Positions 25,627 through 33,993 of a stretch of DNA of 35,666 nt are shown here, one piece after another; within the stretch, counting starts at the first letter, position 1; every line of letters begins with the position of its first letter. The notes beneath the pieces were generated by a model. That model was not told where the DNA came from. It worked only from the letters and a program-made list of their open reading frames with translations, and ran no database searches. This DNA comes from a virus (Duplodnaviria > Caudoviricetes), in the IMG/VR virus record IMGVR_UViG_3300049167_000237, positions 1 through 35,666 of that record; one strand, given 5' to 3'. The position numbers and the translations under genes are program-made.

Positions 25627-26100
25627 ATGTCCGAATGGCGAGATAGGCTCCAGCCTGCTTCTTTTCGCGGGGCACAGTTCAAGGTCGAGCTCGGAGCACG
25701 AGCCGGCGGCCGGCGCGTCCAGATCCACGAATTTCCGAAGCGCGATGAGCCTTACGCTGAGGACATGGGTCGGCGAGCCCGCGCTCATCCTATCACAGCG
25801 TACCTCGTCGGGTCGGGTTATCAGACCGCGCGTGATCGGCTACTTGCCGAACTCGAGAAAGAGGGCGCAGGCGCGCTGGTTCATCCGACGCTTGGCACGT
25901 TCAACGTCGTTTGCGCGACTTACACCGTCATCGAGCGTCGAGAGCGCGGCGGCTATGTCGAGTTCGACCTGCAGTTTCTTGAGGCCGGAAGCCAGACGCC
26001 TGTGACCTTGCGGACCGCTACTCCGGAGATGGTTCAGGAGAAGGCCGAAGCTGCGACGATCAGCGCAACGGCCGCTGTAAACGAAGCGATCAGCGTTTGA
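25627..26100 (+). CDS. DNA circularisation protein N-terminal domain (Mu gpN-like)
   Basis: WRDRLQPASFRG..F, GRR...HEFPKRD.PYAEDMGR, LVHPTLG; AGGAGG RBS. Confidence 0.92.
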   Translation: MSEWRDRLQPASFRGAQFKVELGARAGGRRVQIHEFPKRDEPYAEDMGRRARAHPITAYLVGSGYQTARDRLLAELEKEGAGALVHPTLGTFNVVCATYTVIERRERGGYVEFDLQFLEAGSQTPVTLRTATPEMVQEKAEAATISATAAVNEAISV

Positions 26101-26101
26101 T

Positions 26102-26767
26102 ATGACCCCACTGGTTGAAGCCACGGCGATACTCAATCGCGTCGCCGCGCTGCTGATCTCGGCAGCACGGAACGAAGCTGGACGGCAGGGTGCCGAGCTG
26201 CGGCTGGCCTGCGGCGATCTTGTCGACGGCGTCGCTGTGCACTTGTCCGAACGCAGGATCGGCGAGCATCTGGCGGCGGTCTTCAGGGCCGCCACCGAGG
26301 CCGGTTGCCGGTTCAGTCAAATCGAGCAGGTGCTTGCGGGCATCCAGCGCGAGCGGCCTTCATCCCCGATCGCCAAGGCAATCTGCACAGGATGCACCTG
26401 GTTCGGTCTCATCGAGATGGCGAGGATTTCTTCCGTCACAGCATTCCGCAGTCGCGAGGATGCCCAGTCAATCGGCGTTAGGGTGAACGCCACCTTCGCT
26501 CCGGCAGAAGATGCCGCGGCAGACCAAGGTGAACACCGGTTCTATCGAGATCTTGTCGCGCTCCACGCGGCCGTGACGCGGGACCTGGTCGAGCGCGGCC
26601 GGCCGTTACCGCGCATCGTCCCATACCGGACGGCAATGCGGCTCCCCGCGCTAGCGCTGAGCAACCGCATCTACGGCGCCGCCGATCGAGCCGACGAGCT
26701 GGTCGGTGAAAATCACGCCGTACACCCGCTATTCATGCCGGCCGCTGGCCGGGCATTCTCAGGCTGA
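26102..26767 (+). CDS. Mu gpN C-terminal-like tail/baseplate protein
   Basis: PALALSNRIYG.ADRADELV.EN...HPLFMP motif as at the gpN C-terminus. Confidence 0.8.
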   Translation: MTPLVEATAILNRVAALLISAARNEAGRQGAELRLACGDLVDGVAVHLSERRIGEHLAAVFRAATEAGCRFSQIEQVLAGIQRERPSSPIAKAICTGCTWFGLIEMARISSVTAFRSREDAQSIGVRVNATFAPAEDAAADQGEHRFYRDLVALHAAVTRDLVERGRPLPRIVPYRTAMRLPALALSNRIYGAADRADELVGENHAVHPLFMPAAGRAFSG

Positions 26768-26770
26768 TCA

Positions 26771-27862
26771 ATGCCAAAAGCTGAAGAGGTCGCCGAGGTC
26801 ATCATCGGCGGCACGATCTATCGCGACTGGACCAGCGTCCAGGCCTCAATCGTGTTCGACCAAGCGACCCGCGAATGTGTTCTCGCTGTCGCCGAGCCCA
26901 GCACCGGTCGCGGCTGGCCGAACCTAAAGCTGAGACCTGGGGATCCATGCGAGGTCCGGCTGGCGGGGGTGCGTGTCCTTCGAGGCTTCGTGATCAAGCG
27001 CCAGGCGGCGTTCAGCGATCGGCAGCATGGCGTGCAGATCATCATCGCCAGCAAGACGGCGGACCTCGTCGAAGCGTCGGTGATCGGCAGCAAGGGGCAG
27101 TACAAGGGATATACCTTCGAGCAGATCACCAGCTCGGTGCTGAAGCCCTTCGGCATCAATTTCAAGATGGAGAATGCGCCCTCGAGCGCGAGCCGCAAGT
27201 TCCCCGATGTCCAGCTATTCCCGGGCGAGACAGCATGGGCCTTCATCGAGCGTCTGGCTCGAATGCGCAACGTTCACTTGGTCTGCGATTCCGATGGCAA
27301 CCTCGTCGGCGGGGCTGCGAAGGGTGGCGGGTCGATCGCGACGCTAGAGGAAGGCCGCAACCTGCTGTTCGGTCGCTGCGTGCTCGACGATGCGACGATC
27401 AACTCGGTGATCGAGGCGGTCGGTCAAGGGAAAGGCAGTGACGAACGATGGGGCCGATCTGTGGCCCAGATGAAGGAGCGGATCGAGAACAGCGCGATGA
27501 AGCGCTATAAGCCGCTCAAGATCATCGCGGAAGAACCTGGCGACAAGCAGGACCTCAAGGACCGTGGCGACCGCGAGAAGGCCGAGCAGCAATACACCTC
27601 CGTCGACGTCTCGGTGACCGTACAGGGTTGGCTGAATGACGACGGCAAGCTCTGGGACGTCGGGCCCTCGGTCGACGTCTATAGCCCGCTGCTATTCCCC
27701 GACGATCGGATGAACCTCTGCATCAAGGCCGTGACCTTCGCGCAATCCAGTGAGGCCGGCACGACGACAACCATTGATCTTTGCCTTCCGACAGCCCTCG
27801 GCGCCCGGCAGTCCGCCCCGTCGACCGGCACAGACGGCGGGCTATTCCGCCAATCGACCTGA
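26771..27862 (+). CDS. Baseplate hub protein (Mu gpP/gp44-like)
   Basis: PGETAWAFIERLAR, LEEGRNL, VTVQGW...GKLW. Confidence 0.9.
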   Translation: MPKAEEVAEVIIGGTIYRDWTSVQASIVFDQATRECVLAVAEPSTGRGWPNLKLRPGDPCEVRLAGVRVLRGFVIKRQAAFSDRQHGVQIIIASKTADLVEASVIGSKGQYKGYTFEQITSSVLKPFGINFKMENAPSSASRKFPDVQLFPGETAWAFIERLARMRNVHLVCDSDGNLVGGAAKGGGSIATLEEGRNLLFGRCVLDDATINSVIEAVGQGKGSDERWGRSVAQMKERIENSAMKRYKPLKIIAEEPGDKQDLKDRGDREKAEQQYTSVDVSVTVQGWLNDDGKLWDVGPSVDVYSPLLFPDDRMNLCIKAVTFAQSSEAGTTTTIDLCLPTALGARQSAPSTGTDGGLFRQST

Positions 27863-27869
27863 GGCGCAC

Positions 27870-28346
27870 ATGAGACGAAGCAGCAGCGCCGACGCCGCAA
27901 AACGCGCCTATCTCGGCGCTTCGCGCGCCACGATCACGAAGGTGGCCGACGGCAAGAAGATGCAAGAGATCGACGTCGACATCACGTCGGACGAGTCGCG
28001 CCAGGGGGTGGAGCGTCCGCAGAACTACGGCTTCACGTCGAACCCATTGCCGCCGAGCGCCAATGGCGACGCCGCCGAAGCCATCATGGTCGGCATGGGC
28101 GGTTCGCGCTCTCACCCTGTGGTCGTTGCCATCGACGATCGCCGGCACCGCCTGAAAGACATCAAGTCCGGCGAAAGTGCTCAATACGACGACCAGGGCC
28201 AAAAGGTTCACCTCACCCGCGATGGCATCGTCATGGAAACCCCGAAGAAGTTCACGCTGAACGTCAACGGCAAGGGTTCGATCACGATCGACAAGGATGG
28301 CGTCATCACCCTGAAGGGCAGCGCCATCAAGTTCGAGAAGACCTGA
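27870..28346 (+). CDS. Baseplate spike (Mu gp45/gpV-like)
   Basis: VERPQNYGFTSNP, GGSRSHPVVVAIDDRRHR, GESAQYDDQG; GAGG RBS before ATG 27870. Confidence 0.9.
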   Translation: MRRSSSADAAKRAYLGASRATITKVADGKKMQEIDVDITSDESRQGVERPQNYGFTSNPLPPSANGDAAEAIMVGMGGSRSHPVVVAIDDRRHRLKDIKSGESAQYDDQGQKVHLTRDGIVMETPKKFTLNVNGKGSITIDKDGVITLKGSAIKFEKT

Positions 28347-28624
28347 TGCGCGCGCATCGGCACGGCGATAGCCGGATCTGCGGTGCCAGCACCATTGTGG
28401 CTGGTCAGAGTCATGTGACTGTCGAAGGCCAGCTCTGGGCTGTTGACGGCGACCCGAACGACCATGGCGGTGGCGCGCTGATCAGCACCCACGCCTGGCT
28501 CACCATCAACGGCAAGGGCGTGATCGTCGCGCAGGATCCTGCCGGCGCCGACGCGCTCTGTCCGGTACCGCCGCACTGCAATCCTTCAGCCGTCGGCTTC
28601 AGCGATCTCGTGGACGTGGCATGA
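28346..28624 (+). CDS. PAAR-like spike tip protein
   Basis: AHRHGD..ICGA, VTVEG, HGGG, INGK repeats with His/Cys residues; follows the spike gene. Confidence 0.75.
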   Translation: MRAHRHGDSRICGASTIVAGQSHVTVEGQLWAVDGDPNDHGGGALISTHAWLTINGKGVIVAQDPAGADALCPVPPHCNPSAVGFSDLVDVA

Positions 28625-29115
28625 CCGATATTCGCATTGCCCAGATCATCGCGCCCGAAGCGGTGACGATGGACTTCCTGCTTTCGCCGGCCGGCGGGCT
28701 CGACACCTCTCAGGAACTGGCCTCCGCCGTGACAGTGGCTCTCGGAACCGATCGGTTGGCCGATCCTGCCGATGAGTTGCCCGAACTCGAAGGAAATGAT
28801 CGGCGCGGCTGGTGGGGCGACCTCGAAGCCGATCAGATCCATGATGGCTGGCCGATTGGCACGCGGCTCTGGCTGCTTTCGCGCTCGGCCATCACCGGAC
28901 CCGAGGCGCAACGCGGCAGCACGATCGCGCGCGCCGAACACTACGCCCGCGAGGCACTGCAGCCGATCATCGATCGCGGGATAGCCACCCGAGTTGAGGT
29001 GCGTGCGGAGCGCACCACGCTGGGCCGCATCGACCTGAAGGCCACGCTCTACCGCGGGCCCCTCCCCGCCGTCGAGCTGCAATACGCCGACCTCTGGGCC
29101 GAAATCGGAGCCTGA
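28621..29115 (+). CDS. Baseplate wedge protein (Mu gp46-like)
   Basis: LGTDR.A, RRGWWGD, IGTRLWLL.R, YAREALQ. Confidence 0.92.
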   Translation: MTDIRIAQIIAPEAVTMDFLLSPAGGLDTSQELASAVTVALGTDRLADPADELPELEGNDRRGWWGDLEADQIHDGWPIGTRLWLLSRSAITGPEAQRGSTIARAEHYAREALQPIIDRGIATRVEVRAERTTLGRIDLKATLYRGPLPAVELQYADLWAEIGA

Positions 29116-29119
29116 CCCT

Positions 29120-30211
29120 ATGCCATGGTCGACACCTACGCTGGGCGAGCTCCGGCGCCTGATCCGCGACAACGTGACGGCATTCCTGCCCGGCGCTGAC
29201 GCGACCGTGCCGAACTCGGTGCTGCGGGTCCTGACGGACAGCAATGCGGGCCTCGCCGCGCTGACGCTGCAATATCTGGACTGGCTTGCGCGCCAGATCA
29301 TGGTCGACACCGCCGAGGCCGAGTGGCTGGACAGGTTCGGGCAGATCTGGCTCGGCGGCCGGAAGGCGGCGATCTTCGCAGAAGGCTCCGCGCTCTTCAC
29401 CGGCATTCCTGGGACCGTTGTCCCGGTCGGCACGCAACTCGTGACCAGCAACAGCGCTGTCGCCTTCGAGACGATGGAAGCAGGCACGTTGGGGGACGGC
29501 GCGATCGAGATAAGCCTGCGCGCGCTCGATCCCGGTATTGGGGGCAACCTTCTCGATGGGGCGCCGCTCACGATCACGAGCGCGGTCGCGGGGCTGGATG
29601 CGACTGCGACGGTGAGCGCGCTCGCCGGAGGAGTCGATGCGGAGAGCGACGCTGACCTGCGCAGCAGGATCCTCGATCGCATCCGCAAGCCTCCGATGGG
29701 TGGCGACGCTGACGATTACGTTGCATGGGCGCTTGAAGTGCCGGGCGTCACGCGAGCGTGGACCTCCCCGCTTGAGATGGGCATCGGCACGGTAACGCTG
29801 CGTTTCATGATGGACGACCTGAGGTCAAATGCCGGAGGGTTTCCCGCGGAGGAAGACATTGCGGTCGTGGCCGCGCATCTTGAGGCGAAGCGGCCGGTCA
29901 CGGCGCGCGATCTGTTCGTTCATGCGCCGATCCCGGAGCCCATCGACTTCACGCTCGAGGATCTGGACAGCGACGACGCAGGCACCCGGTTCAACATTGA
30001 GGCCGCGGTTGCGGTCATGCTGCACGACCGCGCCCGACCTGCCTTCTCCCTCAACGGAGTTCGACAGCAGGCGCAGACGATCCATCGCGAGTGGGTCAGC
30101 GCGGCCATCTCAAGCGCCGTGGGCGTTGAGACCTTCAATCTTGTGATGACAGACCACCCGATGCCGTCGCCAGGGCACATGGGCGTGCTTGGGAACATCA
30201 TCCGTGGTTGA
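29120..30211 (+). CDS. Baseplate J / Mu gp47-like protein
   Basis: GGVDAESDADLRSRIL, PPMGG..DDYVAWALEVPGVTRAW. Confidence 0.94.
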   Translation: MPWSTPTLGELRRLIRDNVTAFLPGADATVPNSVLRVLTDSNAGLAALTLQYLDWLARQIMVDTAEAEWLDRFGQIWLGGRKAAIFAEGSALFTGIPGTVVPVGTQLVTSNSAVAFETMEAGTLGDGAIEISLRALDPGIGGNLLDGAPLTITSAVAGLDATATVSALAGGVDAESDADLRSRILDRIRKPPMGGDADDYVAWALEVPGVTRAWTSPLEMGIGTVTLRFMMDDLRSNAGGFPAEEDIAVVAAHLEAKRPVTARDLFVHAPIPEPIDFTLEDLDSDDAGTRFNIEAAVAVMLHDRARPAFSLNGVRQQAQTIHREWVSAAISSAVGVETFNLVMTDHPMPSPGHMGVLGNIIRG

Positions 30212-30887
30212 TCAGCACATCCGGCGGGGCGGCGAGGAATACGCCGACGGCTTTGCCGCTCTGCTGCCGCGGGGGCCGGCCTGGCCGCGTGAGGCTGACA
30301 GCGTGCTGATGCGCCTGGTCCGCAGTTTGGCCGAGGTGTGGGGCGGGAGGATCGATCCACGGGCGGCTGACTTGCTGGAGCGCGAGAGCGACCCGCGATC
30401 CACAGTGGAGTTGCTTGACGACTGGGAGCGCGTTGCAGGGCTGCCGGATCCGTGTCTGGCAGAACCGCTTTCGATTGCGGACCGGCAGAAGTCTCTGGTC
30501 GCGCGCCTGAGTATGCTGGGATCGCAGTCGATCCCGTTCTTCACCGAACTCGCGAGGGCGATCGGATACGAGATCCTGATCGTCGAGCACGCGCCTTTCA
30601 TGGCCGGGGTCAGCCGCGTCGGAGACACGAGGGACCTCGGCAACGGCTCGCCGCGCTGGGAGATCGGGCCGCCCGAAATACGCTTCTACTGGTCCGTGAG
30701 GATCATCAACCCGCGCCTGTCGTGGTTTCGCGCTGGCTCTGGCCAAGCGGGTGTCGATCCGCATCTGCGCATCGGCTTTGCAAGCGATCTCGAATGCGTG
30801 CTGCGGCGCTTCAAGCCCGCCCACACCGAGATCTCCTTCGACTATTCGGGCTTGGCCGCCGACGGCGCCATGGCCGGCACTCCCTGA
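30204..30887 (+). CDS. YmfQ/DUF2313 (Mu gp48-like) baseplate protein
   Basis: ALLPRGPAW, ELLDDWERVAGLPDPC, LECVLRRFKPAHT; GTG start at 30204 overlapping gp47. Confidence 0.92.
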   Translation: MVDQHIRRGGEEYADGFAALLPRGPAWPREADSVLMRLVRSLAEVWGGRIDPRAADLLERESDPRSTVELLDDWERVAGLPDPCLAEPLSIADRQKSLVARLSMLGSQSIPFFTELARAIGYEILIVEHAPFMAGVSRVGDTRDLGNGSPRWEIGPPEIRFYWSVRIINPRLSWFRAGSGQAGVDPHLRIGFASDLECVLRRFKPAHTEISFDYSGLAADGAMAGTP

Positions 30888-30903
30888 CTGACAGCGAGGC
30901 ATC

Positions 30904-32283
30904 ATGAAGTACGTCGCGCCATACGGGTCAAACGATCCGGATGCACCCTATATCAATGGTGATCCCTCTCAGGGTCGGCAGGGCTCAATTCCGGCAGCGG
31001 CCGCCTTCGAGCACCCGCTGCGCGAGATCGCGTATGTCATCGCCGCGTCGGGGCAGTCCCCGTCAGAAAACGACCTGACGCAGCTCTGGAAGGCGATCCT
31101 GATCGCCAAGCAGGGCATCTACGCAGTCGATACCGGCACGACCAACGTGCTGATGATCGAGCCCGAGCCGTCGCCTGCCGAATACCAAGCCGGCGACATC
31201 TACCTGGTGAAGGTCGCGGAGACCAACACCGGCCCGGCCACACTCACAGTCGATCTGCTCGGCTCCATGCAGATCACGCGGACGAACGGCGATCTGCTAT
31301 CGCCCGGCGACCTTATCGAGGGTGGTATCGCTCTCCTCGTCTATGACGGCGTCAAGTTTCAGCTGGAAAGCGTGCCGAGCTTCTTGCTCGGCCTGTCGGA
31401 GGTGTCGTTCTGGCACTACGGCGCCGACACTGGCCCAGGGCCGAACTCGGTGGTTCTCGACAACCTGTCGCCGGCAGTCTCGGCGTATGCACCGGGGCTT
31501 GCGATCGGCTTCGTCGCAGGCAGCACGAACACTGGTCCGACAACCATCGAGATCGGAGACCTCGGCCCGAAAGAGATCTGTCGAGGTTCCGGCGGCGATC
31601 TGGAAGCCAATGATCTTATCGCCGGCGTGATGGCGCTGATCGTCTATGACGGCACTCAATTCCAGATCATGAACCCGCTCGCGGCCTACGGCAGCGGGCC
31701 GGGCGATCCGGCCGAGCTTCCCGTTGGCTGGAACGCGATCATCGGGCCGCTGCGTCCCTACTGGCTTGCCGTGATCAGCGCCACGACCGTCGCGCCGCCC
31801 GGGTCGCCGACGATCGGTGATGCATATCTGATCCCGTCCGGCGCAACCGGGGCATGGTCGGGCCTAGCCAATCGCATCGCCCAGTGGACCTCGGGCGGTT
31901 GGGTCACCCGGGATTACCCGGAGGCTTCGGTGGTCGGCGTTTCCTCCGGCAAGTACCTGCGCCGCACCAGCTCGGGCTGGGAGACATTCTGGTCACCTAG
32001 CCATCGAGACTTCGAGACCAAAACGGCGAACTTCACCGCCGTCGCGGGCGGCGCCTACCTCTGCAATACGACGACCGCGCCGTTCACGATGTCACTGCCG
32101 GCCGCGCCTGCGCAGAACGACAAGGTTCGGATCGCAGATGGCGCCAGCTTCGCTTCCAAGAACATGACCGTCGCTCGCAACGGCGCGGCCACAATCCACG
32201 GTATCGCCGAGGACCTCATCATCGACGTCGGCTGCGCCGGGTTCGAACTCATCTATCTCGGCACCGGCTGGAGGATCGTCTGA
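30904..32283 (+). CDS. Tail fibre protein with internal duplicated domain and DUF2793-like module
   Basis: N-terminal baseplate-attachment segment (PSENDLTQLWKAI); two YxxDTG...NTGP.T...L.YDG..FQ repeats; PPGSP..GDAYLIP.GATGAW.G module. Confidence 0.85.
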   Translation: MKYVAPYGSNDPDAPYINGDPSQGRQGSIPAAAAFEHPLREIAYVIAASGQSPSENDLTQLWKAILIAKQGIYAVDTGTTNVLMIEPEPSPAEYQAGDIYLVKVAETNTGPATLTVDLLGSMQITRTNGDLLSPGDLIEGGIALLVYDGVKFQLESVPSFLLGLSEVSFWHYGADTGPGPNSVVLDNLSPAVSAYAPGLAIGFVAGSTNTGPTTIEIGDLGPKEICRGSGGDLEANDLIAGVMALIVYDGTQFQIMNPLAAYGSGPGDPAELPVGWNAIIGPLRPYWLAVISATTVAPPGSPTIGDAYLIPSGATGAWSGLANRIAQWTSGGWVTRDYPEASVVGVSSGKYLRRTSSGWETFWSPSHRDFETKTANFTAVAGGAYLCNTTTAPFTMSLPAAPAQNDKVRIADGASFASKNMTVARNGAATIHGIAEDLIIDVGCAGFELIYLGTGWRIV

Positions 32284-32284
32284 C

Positions 32285-33172
32285 ATGAGCCTGCTGAGCA
32301 CAATTCTCGGACATCAGAATAGCGTCGGCGGCTCGGGTGTCGAGATCATCTCCCTCGTCGGGCAGCTGCCTACCTTCGGGACCGGGAACGTCCGACTATT
32401 CTTCGACAGTGTGTCATTCACCGTGCCGGCTGGCGTTAGCCAGATGCGCGGCCGCGTTATCGGCTCAGGTGCGGGCAGCGGATCGTGCTCCATCGGGGCG
32501 ATCATGTCGGCGACCGGCGGTGGCAATGGCGGAACCTCCGGCAACGCCTCTGGTGGCATGGGCATCGGCGGCGACTTCCAGGCATCCGGCGGGCAAGGCG
32601 GTGCCAGGCTCTCTTTCGCTGGCGGAGGCGGCGGCGGCGCGGGCTCGGAACTGGGCGTAGGAGGCAATGGTGGGGACGGCAACACTGGCGGCCAACGGGG
32701 CGGCGGTGGCGGCGGCGTCGGCGGCGCCAATGCCTCGGGCGAGAATGGCGGGCGCCCCGCAGCAGTCGCGGCGCGTTTTCCCAATCGCATCGATATCGAT
32801 GGCAACGGCATCGACGACGGATCGGGCTCGCCGCTGTTCTTCCCCTTCTGGAGCTTTGGCGGAAGCGTTGGGCGAAATGCCTCGTCCAGTCAGCAACTGC
32901 GTGCCGGGGCGAGCGGAACCGGCTGCGGCGGCAATGGCGCGCAGAACCAGGTCTCGGCAATCGCCGGCCGGGGCGGAGCGGGCGGCGGTGGCGGTGGCGG
33001 AGCGACGCCCGCCGGAGCTGCCTCCGGCGGAGTGGGTGGAGGCATCGGGGGCGCTGGGGGCTACGGCGGCAACGGCGGCGGCGGCTACGCGCGCGGCCTG
33101 TTTTCGGTCACGCCCGGCCAAGTCATCACCATCACCGTTGTCGGCAACGGTCTCGTCATCCTGGAGTATTGA
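32285..33172 (+). CDS. Glycine-rich tail protein/adhesin
   Basis: FTVPAGVSQ...GGGGGYA...VTPGQVITITV framework enclosing many polyglycine runs. Confidence 0.8.
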   Translation: MSLLSTILGHQNSVGGSGVEIISLVGQLPTFGTGNVRLFFDSVSFTVPAGVSQMRGRVIGSGAGSGSCSIGAIMSATGGGNGGTSGNASGGMGIGGDFQASGGQGGARLSFAGGGGGGAGSELGVGGNGGDGNTGGQRGGGGGGVGGANASGENGGRPAAVAARFPNRIDIDGNGIDDGSGSPLFFPFWSFGGSVGRNASSSQQLRAGASGTGCGGNGAQNQVSAIAGRGGAGGGGGGGATPAGAASGGVGGGIGGAGGYGGNGGGGYARGLFSVTPGQVITITVVGNGLVILEY

Positions 33173-33174
33173 AC

Positions 33175-33612
33175 ATGGCCAAGAAGGCTCGCATCGTCGA
33201 CGGCGTTGCTGTGGATGTCACCACGGCTTCGCTGACTGGACGCTTCCATCCGGACCTGGTCTCCCAGTTTCAGACGGTGCCAAACTCCGTTGTGGAGGGC
33301 TCACGCCTCGTCGCCGGCGTCTGGCAGGCTCCCGAAGCGCCAGGGTCTCAGGAGGAGGCGGCTCAACCGCTTGCCCTCACGCACATCGCGTTCATCCGCC
33401 ACGCTCTCGAGGTCGGCGGCTTGACACAAGAGGCATACCTCGCCGCGAAGGCTGAGCCGCAGCTCGCGTTCTTCTGGGAGATGTTCGGCCTGGCCACCGT
33501 GATTGAACGTGACGACGGGGACGTCCGCCAGGGCGCAGTGGCGTTGCAGCAGCTTGGCTTCCTCACCGAGGACGGCCGGCAGGCCATCTTCGACCAGTGG
33601 CCGACGGTCTGA
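33175..33612 (+). CDS. Putative tail fibre assembly/chaperone protein
   Basis: GGAG RBS and ATG at 33175 (MAKKARIVDGVAVDV...); the longer 32485 ORF is a shadow of the Gly-rich gene. Confidence 0.7.
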   Translation: MAKKARIVDGVAVDVTTASLTGRFHPDLVSQFQTVPNSVVEGSRLVAGVWQAPEAPGSQEEAAQPLALTHIAFIRHALEVGGLTQEAYLAAKAEPQLAFFWEMFGLATVIERDDGDVRQGAVALQQLGFLTEDGRQAIFDQWPTV

Positions 33613-33621
33613 GGCGCTTCG

Positions 33622-33993
33622 ATGTCGCTCGCCACGATTGATTATGCGGTCAAGCAGAACGAGGACTGGATCGATAGCTTCCAGATCTTCGACGCGACGG
33701 ACGAGGGCGAGCCTGGCGATCCCCGCGACCTGACCGGCTCATCGTTCCGGGCGCACTTCCGTGCAGATCCCGATGGCGCAACCGTCTACCTCGAAGCCAG
33801 CACAGACAACGGGCGCCTCCAGGTCGGTGACGATCCTGTTGAAGGGTGGGTTCATTGGAACGTCCCGCGTTCGGTGCTGAAGGGCGTGCCGCCCGGCATC
33901 TATCACTATGACGTCGTCTGGACCGACGCCGGCGGCGCTGTTGACACGGTGGCTGAAGGCATCTGGACGCTGAAGATCGGGATCACGCGATGA
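33622..33993 (+). CDS. Tail-associated Ig/BppU-like protein
   Basis: PRDLTG..F, GIYHYDVVWTD..G.V....EG motif typical of fibre-anchoring domains. Confidence 0.65.
   Translation: MSLATIDYAVKQNEDWIDSFQIFDATDEGEPGDPRDLTGSSFRAHFRADPDGATVYLEASTDNGRLQVGDDPVEGWVHWNVPRSVLKGVPPGIYHYDVVWTDAGGAVDTVAEGIWTLKIGITR

Noticed and set aside
19802-30887. Stand-alone tailocin/eCIS or gene transfer agent
   Set aside because: The tail genes are contiguous with full head, cos, replication, immunity and integrase modules
32485-33174. Arg/Trp-rich N-terminal 230 aa of the 375-aa ORF
   Set aside because: Alternate-frame reading of the polyglycine gene; the real start is ATG 33175 with a GGAG RBS
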